A DNA stretch of 64,000 nt, from assembly GCA_010093995.1 (NCBI GenBank), contig ML992512.1, positions 467,736 to 531,735 on the forward strand, written 5' to 3'. This stretch comes from Elsinoe ampelina (taxonomy: Eukaryota). Both the position numbers and the translations under genes were made by a program. Numbering within the stretch: the first letter of the stretch is position 1; each line of letters opens with the position of its first letter. The notes below the pieces were generated by a model that worked only from the letters and a program-made list of their open reading frames with translations, searched no databases and was not told where the DNA came from. Positions 13,238 through 27,104 of this stretch are shown in pieces.

Positions 13238-14546
13238 ATGGCATCGAACCAAGACGAGCTCATATCTGAAATATGCAGCATCACAGGAAGCACACCTGCA
13301 GCAGTAAGCCCCACCTTGAACATTTCCGCACACAAGCTTGTGTTATCCACACTAACTCTCCTTTCACAGGCCAGACAAATTCTTGAGGCTGCCAACTGGA
13401 ACTCCGAAGAAGCTGTGCGCTTGTACTACGAATCACAGGACGCCGACGAAGCTGAAGAGCCAGCTATGGATGAGAATGATACACCACAGAGAGCCGGCGG
13501 AGCTGGAGCTTCGCAAGGCGGCCAATCATCTGGGCCATCACGAGTACCTCCAAATCAGTCACGCATGCGCACCCTTAGAGACCTGCAAAGTGGTAGCGCC
13601 GGGGATGATAGCGATGATGAAGATGAGAGCAAGCAAGATTTCTTCGCAGGAGGCGAGAAGTCAGGACTGGCAGTGCAGAACCCCAACAACCCCAACAACT
13701 CTTCCGACCATTTCAACAACATCATGAATCAAGCTAGGCAGTCGGTGATGACCTGCTCCCTTCTTCATTGCAAAATCTGACATGTACAGAAACCGACCAC
13801 GTCCCGGCGGAGAGGAGCAGCCTTCACGATCGACCAATTTTAGCGGAAGGGCTCAGACCTTGGGCGGCGATGATGCGGAGTCTAGGGTCATTGACGACCC
13901 AACAGCTGCTCCTCGACCTGGCAACAACTCCAACCTACCAAGAGTGACCAGAACACTGCATCTCTGGCAAGACGGCTTCTCGGTCGACGACGGACCTCTC
14001 TTCCGCTTTGATGATCCAGCCAATGCTCCGACACTGGCGCTGATCAACCAGGGCCGCGCGCCGCTGGCATTGCTCGGTGTGGAACCAGGACAAGAAGTGG
14101 ATCTTCAACTCAACCCTCACAAAGACGAAAAGTATGTGCAGCCCAAGAAGAAGTACAAGCCATTCGAGGGATCAGGGCAGCGACTGGGTAGTCCAACACC
14201 GGGACCTTCAGCGGCTACCTCGCAAAGCAGTGCGCCTGCTGTTGCCGCACCAGCCACATCGAGTGTAAGCCCATCTGCGGCGACAGTATCAGTGGACGAG
14301 TCTCGACCTACAATCCAGCTCCAGATTCGCCTGGGTGATGGCACGCAGTTGAGATCGAGATTCAACACGAGTCACACGATCGGTGACGTCTATGAGTTCG
14401 TCAATGCCGCGAGCACTCAAAGTCGCAGTCGTGGATATGCTCTCATGACCACTTTCCCATCCAAGGAGTTGAGCGACAAGAGCGCGAAGCTCGGTGACCT
14501 TCCAGAGTACAAGCGCGGCGGAGTAGTGGTGCAGAAGTGGACATGA
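13238..14546 (+). CDS. SHP1: Cdc48/p97 adaptor Shp1/Ubx1 (UBA-like, SEP, UBX); exons 13238-13303, 13370-13740, 13790-14546
   Basis: FFAGGEKSGLAVQNP, SEP domain LHLWQDGFSVDDGPL...GRAP, SHP box FEGSGQRLGS, UBX QIRLGDG...FPSKEL. Confidence 0.92.
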
Positions 14547-16219
14547 AGAAAGGGCATGGAACGACGGCGAAAGGGAAGATGAGCGATTGCTGGAATTGAC
14601 ACAAGCGATGGCGTCGGGTGACGGTCGCTAAGGGACAAGTACTGCAGTGTACTTACCCGCCGGGAGGATCAATCAAAGCAGTCAATTTAGGATGTTATAC
14701 AGGCAGAGCCATGAAGGCGTGGGCCAAGCTCTGGCGATCACAAAATGCTAAGGTCGGCGACGGTTTCAGGTCGGCCTCGGAACGACTTGGAAGCTTCTTG
14801 GCAATAATCTCTGCGGCTGACATGTCTGTTGTGCAGTCTCACTGATGTCTCGTCCGTCTGACAACGAGACAGGACCTGCTATCAAATTTTGGTCGTTGTG
14901 ATCACCTCATTTCATCAATTGATTAGAGTGCCCGAAGCATCGTGGCGGCGACAATCAGGCAGAGTTCCGGGATTGGCAGCCAGTCATACGTATCCGAAGC
15001 CACTTGCGCAAGCTGTGTGGGTCATAAATTAAAAATCCATCGCTGCCGCTTGAGACATCTCGAAATAGAGCCGTGAGATATTCAGCCGACAGCAAAGTTG
15101 GATAAGCACCAAACTTCGGTTGAGATTAATTGCATGCCATCATGACAGGTACAGAGGCAGCTTCGGACATCAAGTTCGATAGTCTTGATTTTCCAAGCTG
15201 CCATGAACAGTGTGCCATCCCTGCAGTGCGCCACCTTCATCCTTCCACCATCGGTACCTGAAGATCGTGGGGCCGAATCAGTAGAAAATGCAGATACGTG
15301 CATGGCAGTCCCGGACATTTTGCCTGGGCAGCTTCTCAACAACTGTCGTCGTGTCTTTCCCGGACGATCGCAGACGGACGAAGCATTCAGAGGTAGAGGA
15401 GTGCGAAATGAAGGATAGCCGGTGAAAGCTTGGCGTGCATTGGGTCGTGGCTGAGATCCTGATCCATATCGATGGGAGAGATAGGAGACTTTTCTAGCGA
15501 TAGGGAGGGGATCTAGGACAGGTGCAATGTCTTTGACGATGTGATGGTAGACTTGTATATCGCTGGATTACGACTTTGGAAGCCTAGCAAAATATCCACC
15601 ACAACAATTGAGATCTCCTCCCGCGCCTGGAAAAAGAGACACATCTGGTGCCCTCGTGGTGGAGACGTTTCAGGGGAGGCCCCAGTTTTTGGTGCCATCC
15701 ATCTCCTGCTGCTCCTGGAGTGGGCGCAACCTTGTCCTTCACAGTCAAGTTAAGTTAGCTGCACGCCGCAGAGACACCAAAGCTTGCCGGAGAAAAGCCT
15801 GGAACGATCGTTCACAAGTTCACAACCCACAGGGGCCAGCTTCTCTTCGTCGCACGACCTTCCGTAGTGTGTTAACTTTTAGTATCCAACATCCCACGTC
15901 TTCCTTGCTCCGCGTTCAGACGCTGAACGCTTGGCCGACCACTTCACTTTGTCCAACACCCTTTTGCGCGACCAACCTCTGCCCTTCCACCTCTCCAACC
16001 TTCACCGTCGACACGTTAGATCGTCGTCACCTAATACCGGTCGCGAATTAAATCGTCGACGTACACTCTTTTGGCATCTCGACTGCATACCACGACCCTG
16101 CATACGGCGCATATTCCCTTGGATCATGTTCGTCTTCAGCCTGTAACAACCTCCCTGCGCGATCTCCGTAGAGTCACGCCTCTCTACTGGGACTTTTTGA
16201 CACTCTCGCTCTACGCTCT

Positions 16220-18756
16220 ATGGCCATAATGTTATTCTCCCCTTCCTCTTCGCTCCGCCGACTGGCATTGCTGGCAGTGCTCGTCCTCTTCTCCACAACC
16301 ATACTCTTCCGCAATACAGAGTACCGAGAAAAACTTTCGTCATACACATTCACAGGCGCGCGGCCGATAGACGCAGACACAGATGCATCGGAAGAGCCGA
16401 CGAGAGACCATCAAAAGCCGGTCGGAGAGCCTCTCAATGATTTGGTGGCGGATAAGGTAGCGACTGGGAGGCAGAAGCACCAACACAAGGGTCAGAAGGT
16501 TCCGATATCGAGCTTCGAGTTACCCAAGGCAAGGAATTACATGGAAGGGGAGATCACGCCTGTCAAGCATTTACCATTCGAGGATCAACAAAAGTTTGTA
16601 AAAGACCTGAAAGATTGGCAGACGTTGGACACGAAAGATCACTGGCCTTCATGGGATGCATACAGGGATTCAGATTATGATCCCAACCGGTGGGAGGCTT
16701 TTGACTGGTGAGTGAGGCGATCTCGGTAAACTGAACTCAGCTAACATTCTGCAGGGAACTAGGATACTTTACCAGAAATGGTATCAAGCACCTTCAGGAG
16801 AAATCGGTCAAGCCGGAACCTTACTTACCGTACCCCAACTACAACAGCCCCGAATGGAGCTCACAATGGCGAGGAGAGTGGAATCCCTGCGAAGGTCCTC
16901 GAGGGAAGAACTTGGACGAGAGTATTGAGGATATTGTACTGGCATACAGAAATCCACCACCAGGTTTCCCTGCGCCTGCCGTGGGAAGCGCATCCGTCAC
17001 TGGTCTGGACGAGAATGTCTGCTTTGATCGATTCAATCGCTATGGGCCATATGGTCTCGGTCAGACCCAGATGAGTATACCACAAGATTGGACCCGCCCC
17101 GAAGTACGTCCCGACTGGTCGGAGAAGTGGTGGGGTCAACTGCAAGATCAGTGTCTCCAGAAGAACAAGCATCGATACGCCCCGGAGGCACGGATACCCA
17201 TGAATCTGGTTCCGTCAAAGGTTGAGCCTGAGAATGTCGACGCTCTAGATGAGACGGAAGCTGCGCCTTCCAGGAATACGGCTTTCCCAAAGTACCAGCA
17301 CAGGACGGCGCTACTCATCAGGACATGGGAAGGGTACACATACACCGAGAACGATCTACAAGCTATCCGCTCGTTGGTGACAGAGTTGTCTCTCCTGTCT
17401 GGCGGCGAGTATCAGGTCTACTTGTTCGTCAATGTGAAAGAGCACGATGCGGACATCTACAACAACCCGCAGAAGTACCAGGACGTCCTCCGCCGGGTCG
17501 TCCCAAAGGAGCTTCGCGACATTTCCCTTCTCTGGACAGAAAAGGTGTGCGAAGAATGGTATCCCAAAGTCGGCGACTGGCAAGTCTACTGGCAACAATT
17601 CATGCCTCTCCAATGGTTTAGCAAGACGCATCCGGAGTTCGATTATGTCTGGAACTGGGAGACAGACGCGCGCTACACCGGCAACCACTACCACTTCCTC
17701 GAGAAGATGGTCGAATTCGCCCGCAACATGCCCCGGAAGAACGTCTGGGAACGAAGCTCCCGCTTCTACTTCCCGGAAGAGCACGGCAACTTTGCCTCTT
17801 TCCTCGCCGATACCGATGCCGCCGTCCTCAACGCCTCTCTCGCCGGCACCATGAAACCCGTCTGGGGCCCCCAACCCTACACAAAAGAACAACCCGTCAT
17901 CGGCCCCCTCCCGCCCACCAAATGGGAAGACGACAACTTCACCTGGGGCGTAGGCGAAGAAGCCGACCTCATCACGCTCCAACCCATCTGGGACCCCACC
18001 CAAACCGAATGGTCCTACCGCTACAAGATCTGGAACTTTGTCCCCGGCAAACGGCCTCACTTCACCCAATCCGACCCAGGCGACGACGCCTACTTCCACC
18101 CGGACTTTGCCAAAATCCCCCGCCGCGTCTTCATCAACACGGTCGCCCGCTTCTCCAAGAAAATGCTCCACGCAATGCACCTCGAGAACCGCGCCGGGCG
18201 CTCCATGCAAGCGGAAATGTGGCCGGCCACGGTCGCGCTGCAACACGGCCTCAAAGCAGTCTACGCCCCGCACCCCATCTGGCTCGACCGCAAATGGCCG
18301 AGCTGGTTCATGGACGCCACGTTCAACGCGGACAACGGCTCCGCGGCGGGGTGGGGCAGCAAGTCGGACTCGCCGTACAACCACGACCGCGAGGCCGCGT
18401 TCAGGGGCTGGAGCTGGTACTACTCGACGGGGTTCCCGCGGATCCTCTACCGGCGCTGGCTGGGGTGGAAGGCCAAGGACATACTCGGCGACGTCGGGGG
18501 CAGGTCGTACGAGGAAGCGACGGTCAAGGCGAGCGATGACGCGACGGGGTTGGAGGAGGGGGAGAGGTCGTTTGGCGGGAAGGGCAGGATGTGTTTGCCT
18601 GGCATGTTGCTGCATCCGGTCAAGAAGGTCAAGGAGGATGATGGCGTGAATGTGGATATGAAGAGGGCGGGGGACAGGGATCGCGAGAGGGAGAGGGAGA
18701 TTGGGGAGGAGGTGAAGAGGGTCAAGGAGGAGAGGGGGTTTGTGTGGGGGACGTAG
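16220..18756 (+). CDS. DUF3405-family type II membrane protein; exons 16220-16707 and 16755-18756
   Basis: N-terminal signal anchor; family-type motifs CFDRFNRYGPYG, WGQLQDQC, RTALLIRTW, LSLLSGGEY, WNWETDARYTG, HGLKAVYAPHP, RMCLPGMLLHPVK. Confidence 0.8.
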
Positions 18757-19305
18757 CAGGGAAGATTAAGGTATGTTCACGAGGGAGAGGAGGGGAGAGA
18801 GAGAGAAAGGGATGGGGAGAAGCGTGTATCTATTTGTTAGCATTTTCACTGGGCAGGGTCAGTCATGTTTGGACTTTTTTCTGTAGCACGAGGAGAGGGA
18901 AAGGCATATTGCGCTGACACAAAATGGTGGACAGGGTAGGGTATATATGCATGCCGGATAGACAAGTGTCAAAGCCCCACTTTTGTGTTCATGTGGAATG
19001 TCTACTGTGCCCTGTGACCTTTTTTGCTGTTCCTGTGACCTCGGGGTGGGAGGGTCGATCCGACTCCTTCTGTTATGCGATGCTGAATGGCAGATGCTAG
19101 ATGCTAGACGCTAGGTATTTCCAAGTTTCCAAATTGCCGGTGTGACGCGGGAAAGTCCAAAGTGCTCCAATATGCTCATCTCCCGTTGTCATCATCATCA
19201 ATACAGTCCTTCCCTCTACCTTGTTTGGGCCTTTCCTGCCCCGTTCCTGCTCTTCAACCACTCTCCTCCTTATTCTGTGCATCTCCTGTGTAGAGTGTGA
19301 TACAA

Positions 19306-22300
19306 TCACTCCCTCCCACTAACAAATCCCCCAGCCAGCTTGTCCCCTCCTTTCGCGGACAACTCCATCCAATGAAAAGCGACACACATCGTCTCAGCAT
19401 CGTACTTCCTGCCATCACTATTCTCCCTCGCCCATTTCGCGGCTTGACTCGCGCGGAAGACATCCTTGACGCGGCTCATCGGTGCGAGAACCCGAGGCAC
19501 CAATTCTGGGTGCGTGAGGTACAGTGTTGCTAGCTCCCGTTGAGCGACGGGATGGTTCTGTGCAGCTGCGAGACGGAGAAGGGCGGAGGCGCGGGTGAGT
19601 GGGTGTTCGTCACTCTGAGGGGCGAGGGTCGGGGATGGGGAGGGAGCGCCGCGAGACGTGTGCGAGGAGATGAGGGCGTCGGCAGCTTCAACGATGGATT
19701 GGGTGGCGGTGGATTTGAGCGTGAGGGCTGCGAGAGTGGCGCTCCAGAAAGTCTTTCCTTGCGGGGTTTCGTCGAGGGTCTCGGTGGGGAGGAGCGAAGC
19801 GATGGTTTGCAGGTCGCGGAAGAGGTGGGCGGGTCGGGTGGATGGATCCTGAAAGAGAGTGGTGAAATGCGTTATGGATGCGTGAAGGTGAGTAGAGGAT
19901 TGTCCCGAGAGAAGTAGAGGCTCAAGGCGAGTACGGAGGAGGAAGGTCGGTGGGTGGGCAGATGGAGAAGTGCTGGAATTCGAGGTGGACGAAAGCAACA
20001 TCTCCAGGTCGTGGAGTATCTTAAGCTTCTCGTACGGTCCGTTGGTGAGATCAAAACGTCTCACGAGACGACGTTTGGCAAGATCAAGATCGAAAAGGGA
20101 CTTGTCCACCCCATTCGTCTTTGACTTCTTCTGTCTGCTGGACGGTCGACCATTGGTGCTTGCTTCGGTATGGTCATCCTTGATCGATGAAGTTGGCATC
20201 TTAGAGTCTCGCCTTGTATCACGATCACGATCGCCGTCCCGGCCATACCCAAAGTTGGAGTCATGACTGGCCACTCGTCGTGGAGAATGTGACAGTGATG
20301 CCGCCACATACTCACGACCTACACCATAAAAGAACGAGATGTCGGTCTCGCTTCCCATGGGATAAGTGGCTTGCATGATGTCCGAGACGAGTAGCCCAGT
20401 CACCCTCTGACGGAGGTCACTCAGAAGTCCTTTGACTTTAGTAGCAGATTGAAAAGACTCCCTGGAGATCGACTGACGCAGGTGCATAGGCGACCATGTC
20501 CTGGATGGAGGGCTGATGTTGCTCAGCGGCGACTGCGAGCGATAGCCGGTGGGAGACCAAAAAGTCGTCGAAGACCTTGTCAGTAGCGTCGGACTCCTGT
20601 TCTCGAGGTAGTCAGACGTAAAATCCTGGCTATTCATGCTGGCCGTGGCAATGTTGAAATCGGACTTGCGTCTCAAAGGGCCTGGATAGTCACCATGTAT
20701 GAATTCTGACCCCTTTGAGCTGGGGCGCGAGATCATGGTGTAAGTGTCCCGACTATCGTTGCTTGCAATTTCGATCTGAAGTGCTTCATTCTCGCCGTCC
20801 ATGCGGTCTCGCTGAAAGAGCTCGCTGCCCCACAAGACTGGGCTTGCCACAGGGTCAGAACTGATGAGTTGGCTCAAGCACTTGGCTACCTCACAAAGCA
20901 ATCTGTGGAGACGTTCTTCACCCACGCAGATGTTTTCGATGCCAGACTTGTCCATCCATTGCTGAGCGATGGTGACTTGGTCATCCTTGAGCTTGTTCAG
21001 CACCCGGTAGATAGGGTCCGTGACCATGACGTCCACGAGGGTTGCTTCGCCCTTCTTGACAGCACTGAGATTCTTCGGCTTGAGAGTACCCTTGTGACGA
21101 AGCGGTGGTGGCTCGGTCTTCTTGGTGTTGAGCTGTCTGGGCAGATCCATTGTCTTGATGGCCGAAGCAAGCTTCTCGAGCTCTGAGTAGGGTGCAGCTG
21201 CGCGGACATCGGTGCAGTACCACATCTTGATTCTCGTCCTGCTCGTCGTGGAGGCAACAATCCTTACCAATGACTCGGTCTCGATGTTCTGCTGTTCCAG
21301 CAAAGAAGCCAGTACTTCGAGCTTGGCTGAAGCGCTCCTGGACCGAGCTACCGACTGCTCGACATCCCTGGTGAAGTACCGCAGCATAGACGATTCCGTG
21401 CTGGGATTCGAGGAAGATAAGATCTTGATCCTTGACAAAGTCTGGGAGTACCCGAAAGCTTTCGTGAAATCTTCGGCCTGTTCCAGCTGCCGGATAGCCC
21501 AAGAGAATGCTTCAGACAAGGTTGACGGCCATCTCGAAGGGGAGCCTCGACTGTTACTTGACTGTGAGGTAACATTTGTTGCATGCACAATCTCGGTAAG
21601 CGATAAACTGCGGTTCCTGTAGGGATTCGTCCTTGACCTTTCTGAAGGCTCAGGTGATGGCGAAAACGGATTGTGTTGTCTCCGAGGTGATGGAAAGGGC
21701 AACATCATGTCACTGCTCCGTATTTCGACATTGGATGATTGCGGGCCACCAAGTGCCGGGTCCGCGAGTAGTCGCAACAAGCTTCTCCGGATCTCGAGAT
21801 AGGTGCTGTTCTTGTCCGAGTCATTTCGAAAGCCATTGTCGTGCTCACTGTCGCTCTGAATCTCAAACTCAGACTGCTCGACCGTGAATGTCTGGATGCG
21901 ATCAATGTTGCGGACGCGACCGTCGCGAAGCTCGAGCAATGCCCAGGATTCACTCGCTGGATTGTTAATTCCATTGACGAAATCGGCTTTTGTGACTGCC
22001 AGTATCTCCGAGCATGCACTACGTAGAGTGACAGCTCTGACACCAGAGTCCTCGTCAGTCGTGCTACTAGATACATGACCTCCTGGACTCGTAGGTCCAC
22101 GAGAGCTGACGTCAGACTCGGTAGACAAGTTGGAATCGTTACCTGGAATGGGTGGAAGCCGGTCGTGATCAAGGTCGTCAAACACAGACTCCCGGAATAT
22201 AGACAAGCCAGACACCGACGAAGCGGAAGAGGTGACCGGTGGAGAGATGGCTGCATTGAGGAACAAGGATCCAGTGATGCTATTGGCCCGCTTATCGGGA

Positions 22301-23823
22301 TAGAGAGCCTGGACTAACGTGTAGACATCGGCAGGACTCAAGCTCCTCAGGAAGTAGTCAGACGATCGTGCATCTTGTTGATCCCAAGATCGATTGTCAG
22401 GAGTGGGTTTGAAGATGGCTGCGATTGCATCTACATCGGCTTTGAGAGCTGCGTCGATAGGGCCGGTGTGGCTCCTGGACAATGTCAGCAAATCACCGCC
22501 ATGTACTCGGTGATTCTCATACCAAGCATACGACACATCGAAGACAACCTTCTGTGCCTTCAGGATTGTCTCGCGCAATATCCGATGACGAGCAGTCTCA
22601 GGGAACGAGTCGCTCAACATTAATCCCCTTGCCTGTCAAATATTAGCTTGAATTGAGAATGAATTATGGGGAGGGGTCACCTCTGGTGTTATGATATTGT
22701 CGAGCATGAAGGTCGAGAACAGCCAGTGGGCTAAGAAGAAGAAAGGCGCCGTGCGGAACCTGGTGTCCGAGTCTCTAAGCTTGTCCACGGTAAACCGGCA
22801 CAGATTAAGAACCCTAGAGGGGATGATATGCGTCCTGTCATTGTCCTTGAGTAACGCAAAGAGCTTCCTGGTCGCAGAGGTGTAAAAAGCGTCTGCTTCC
22901 TCGGATTCGGCTGGGATATCTGTTGTGATGCCTTGACTCCTCACACGGAACGAGGGATTGTCGGATCTCGAGAGCAGGAAGTGGCCATCCTGAAGAGTTT
23001 CCTGGATCCAAGTTTCTAATGCTCTCTTACCTGATGGTTCAATTTCATTTGCCATACCATCGAGGATAGCTATGATGAACTTTTCCCGTCCTGGGCGGTT
23101 CTCGGAGAGCATGCGAGCACAGACGCTTGCCCAGGTGAGCTCCTGTCGGCGCCGTACAGACCCACCGTTGCTCGCGGGGTAGAGTCCGACAAGGTCCAGG
23201 AGCAGGGCAAAGGCATCGTGCCGGCATAGGTCCCACACTTGCGAAGAAGCTCTTGATTCCGTCTGGCCAGATCCCGGAATGGATCCCTTGCGCGAAGAAG
23301 ACGGTGTGGAATGGCCAAAGACGGATTTCTTGTCCGGGATTGCCAGATGCTGTCCAAGCTGGATGTTCTCGAGTTGGCGCTGATTCAGAGACATGAGCCG
23401 ATTGATCAGAAAATCTTCATTCGATACAATGTCCGAAACAAACCGGAGCACTTGGTCACGTGAGTCCCGTGATATCCTGTCCAGAAATGATTGAGAGTCG
23501 GCATGCTTGCTGAGCTCCTGTCGTAGCAGGTCATCAGATATAGCTGTGGAGATGCGTCCCGCGGCAAGGTCAGTGGCCAGCCCCTTGACGTCCTTGAAAG
23601 CATCAAAAGCACTTCGAAAGTCGTTCTTATTCCCGGTCCGGATACAGTCTGCGAGCGTCCTCTGGAGATTCGGCTGGCTGCTTATGAGTCTCTTCTGGAT
23701 CTCACACGATACCTTGAGCTTGTTGACCCTGTCCTGCAGGTCTCGTCGTTTCCGTTTGTGGTACTTTTGCAATCTGAGCAGATGAGCCAGCTCCTCCACT
23801 GGATTAGAATTGGGATGATCCAT
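19306..23823 (-). CDS. Large conserved fungal protein (about 1490 aa), possibly VPS9-superfamily-like C-terminal region; exons 23823-22681 and 22632-19306
   Basis: Two long ORFs joined in frame by a GTGACC...CTAAT...AG intron. Conserved-looking blocks RIKMWY, ENICVGEERLHR, ETDISFF, PYEKLKIL, LFRDLQ and AQRELATLYLTHPEL...HWMELSAKGGD. Confidence 0.8.
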
Positions 23824-25412
23824 TAGAGAATTACAGTCGTCACGAAGTTGGAAAAGAAGTTGATGGGCAGTTCGGACCTAATTGGGAACCAGTGTGGTCC
23901 GAGTCCATGTCAAAGGTTGATACAAGAGTGGCTCAGGAATTGAAGAAAGGGAGGGCCAGGAGGTGATGTCGGGAAAAGTGGTGACACGAGATGTTTGTCT
24001 ACGAGGGGTCCCCGACTCGTAAACGATAAAGGAAGAATGCTTGTCACGGATGACAGAGTCGAGACGGCGTGTCGGAAGCAGCTCGAGACATGTACATGTC
24101 AGTGGTAGTGCATATGTATTGCCAGCTCACAAACAGCGATGGAGAGAGGGCGATTGTGGTGGATTACTCGGTGGTCTGGTCGAGGTATGCAGATCTGCGC
24201 AGCTGCCAGCGAGTCGTGCAGCTCTGAGCATGCAGGAGTAAAACTTCGTCGCCAGAGGTAAAAAGGAGGTTCGTTTGGTTCTGATGCGAGATCCCGACGC
24301 CGGACGCGGGTGCTGAGGTGTCCAAGTGTCGGATGTGGAGCTTGTTCTTTTGAACTCGAAAAGGTATGCGCTGGCGGCCTTGATGAAGCTGTCGAGAGAA
24401 GAATTCCTCAGTCTTGTGCTACGGATAACGCGTTTTGGGGAGAGGGAGAAAATCCTTTGACCACGCGTTGAAGATTTGACTTGTATTACTGATGAATGAC
24501 ACGCGTCTGTACTTGGGCTCGTCCAGCAGATGGAGCAGAGCAGAGCAGAGATGGCATGCATCGAGTGATGACCAGGGTCTGCAAGCAGGAAAGTAGCGTC
24601 CTTGGTCAAGGGGATGCCGCGGGGCGTCACATGCGCCAACGCATCGCCTCATCCCGGTCTGGTGCCATCTCGTCTCGATCCAATCAGCTTGCCATCATTC
24701 CCAAAAGCCATGCATGCCACCGAGCCGGACTTCTTCTGGCCGTTTGCATGCATCTCGTTGGTCATGCTCGCTATTGGTTCGCTACCTCTGACTACTCTTC
24801 AATTATTTATTCTGCAGAGCTGCAGCCCGAGTTCAAGCTCCCGGACACAAGCCACGTCGATCGTGTCCCGTCCATGGAACCATCGTGGCAGACAGACCGC
24901 TTGTGCGACCGATATGGGTCAAGCACATCGTATCATTCCTGCCGTCAGACATCATGTACGACGGTGGCGACGGGAGCGTCACATGACAGCTGGGGATCTT
25001 GGTCGGATCCAGTAGCTCGGGTAGTGGTGGGTTCACAGTATTTGAATATCCGCTTTCCCACGTATCTGGGCTGCTGGCATGTCTCTCGACCATGGTTGAC
25101 ATATCTTTTGATGCCTCATGACCCATGTCTGGCATCCATGCCGGTAAGTAGCGGCAGGTAAGGTGTCCCTGACTCTGGTATTTCTCTCCATGCTAGACGT
25201 TACTGCCGTCATGGCAAACAACAATACTGCCATGCTAAACGCCACTGCCGCCTTGTACAATATCGCCACAGCCACGCTGAAGATCGATTGCTATGCTTAG
25301 CCATCAGGAGCCGCATCCAGTAGGCGAATTGTCATGCTACTCCTCTCAAGGCCATGCTACTCCTCCGTATTGCCATGCCAGACCAGCCTGCCGTCATGTG
25401 TGGACCCTTCCC

Positions 25413-26731
25413 TCACTTCGAGGCCATCGCCTTCCTCAACATCGGCGCAATCTGCTTCCGACTCGCTGCCAGATTCCTCTGCTGCCAAACGTAACTCACC
25501 CACCCCTCCTCATCCTCATGCCGAATCTCCTCCAAACGCAACCCCTCCGAGCACTCCTTCCTAAACCTCTCCACCACCTCTCTCCCCTCCTTACTCCCCG
25601 CCCCGACCATCAATTGCCTCCTGAACTCCCCCTCCACCATATAACCCGTCATAACCGACACCACCCTCAGCCCCATCTCCTCCGCGAAACCCCTACACAC
25701 CTCCCCCAACACCTTCCCCTCCCCCTTCGCCTTCCCCTCCAAATCCTCCCACGCCCTCACCACCGCCCCCGTCCCCAACTTCCCCTCCCCCTCACTCCAC
25801 TCCTTATAATCCCTCCTCAACACATCCCTGACCCCCATCCCATCCAAATCCTCCTTCGCCTTCTGCACCCCCTCCCAGAACCCCTCCCTAGCATACCCCC
25901 TCCCCACCTTCCCACTCATCCCCACCTTGGCCTCCAAATACCCCACCACCTCCCGATCCACCTCCTCCGTCTTATTCCCATCCTTCAAACACGCCGTATC
26001 CACCAACATGGCCCCCAACCCCAACAACGCCACCTGCGCGTCCCACAGCGTGGCAAACGCCCCGTCCTCAATGAGATTATCCCCCTGCCCGTTCGCCGCC
26101 CCCGAGAACGAAACACTGAGGAACCACGCGTCCCACTTCTCCCTGAAATGGCGCACGACGAGCGAGGTGCAGCTCCCCGCCGTCTCGATGACGCGTGGTT
26201 CCCCTCCCCCGGTGTTGTCGACGGGCACTTTCCCCTCGTCGACGTGGTGGTCGATGCACCCCACCACGCGATGGGCGTAGTGCTGACCCAGGACCCCCGA
26301 GAGGGCGTTGTGGTCGACGAGGATCCAGCGGGTTTTGTCCGCGGGGAGGCGGGAGGGGAGGGTGGAGGGGTCGCCGAGGTCGGAGAGCGTGAGGAGGTGT
26401 GAGGCGGTGATGTTGGCGTGGGGGAGGAGGTGGAGGAGTTCAGGCCGGAGGGGGAGGTCGGTGCGCGGGATGTTGAGGAGGGGGATGTGCACTACCGGTG
26501 GGGACACGGGTTGCGGGGAGATGGTGGCGATGTAGGAGTAGATTATGGCGGAGGAGATGGAGTCGAGGTCTGGTGGGGTTAGTCTGAGGAGTGAGAGATA
26601 AAAGGCTATGTACGACCTGCGCTCTCGTTGCCAATTACAAATGTCACTGGTGATTGTCTCGTTTGTGCTACCTGAAGGAGATATTTGGCGTGGGTGAGGA
26701 AGCCTCGTAAGGAGGTCCTCGCAAGAGCCAT
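25413..26731 (-). CDS. PPX1: Exopolyphosphatase (DHH/DHHA2 family); exons 26731-26617 and 26569-25413
   Basis: Splicing a 47-nt intron restores GNESADLDS; LVDHN, IDHH, GSCTSLV, RRDYKEW and SRKQIAP motifs present. Confidence 0.9.
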
Positions 26732-27104
26732 GACCTAGTACTGAGATATATGCAATGCCTGAAGCCGGAAGCGCAAATGTCAGAACCTGGCGAAGATTGG
26801 AAAGGTCTCTTCCAGGCAAGGTTATGAAATTGAATCAGAAAATAACAGGAAGAGATTTGACGACCAGGATGGCTCTTCCAGCGGCGGCCAGGAAAGCCAA
26901 GAAGGATTCAATAACAAAGATAGACATGAGGTCAAGATAACTTTTGCATTTGGATGTATGCTCCGACCTATCCAGCAGTGCCTCCCTCAGACCACTCGAG
27001 GTGATCATTAGTCTGAAAGCACTTTCTCTAAAGAAAGAGTAAAAGGTATCTAACTATATGGAAACTTGGACTGCTCGCTAAAACAAACGACTTCTCGCCG
27101 AACC

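Noticed and set aside
14600..16200. Short ORFs in the 1.6-kb SHP1-DUF3405 spacer
   Set aside because: No consistent frame, splice pattern or recognisable domain.
17356..18615. 419-aa minus-strand ORF and several overlapping 200-aa ORFs
   Set aside because: Antisense or alternate frames of the DUF3405 gene in a GC3-rich skew domain; no recognisable motifs.
19093..19115. GATGCTA x2-3 short tandem repeat
   Set aside because: Too short; ordinary slippage in a 3' UTR.
25293..26402. 369-aa Pro/His/Leu-rich + strand ORF
   Set aside because: Antisense shadow of PPX1; the C-rich arm lacks stop codons.
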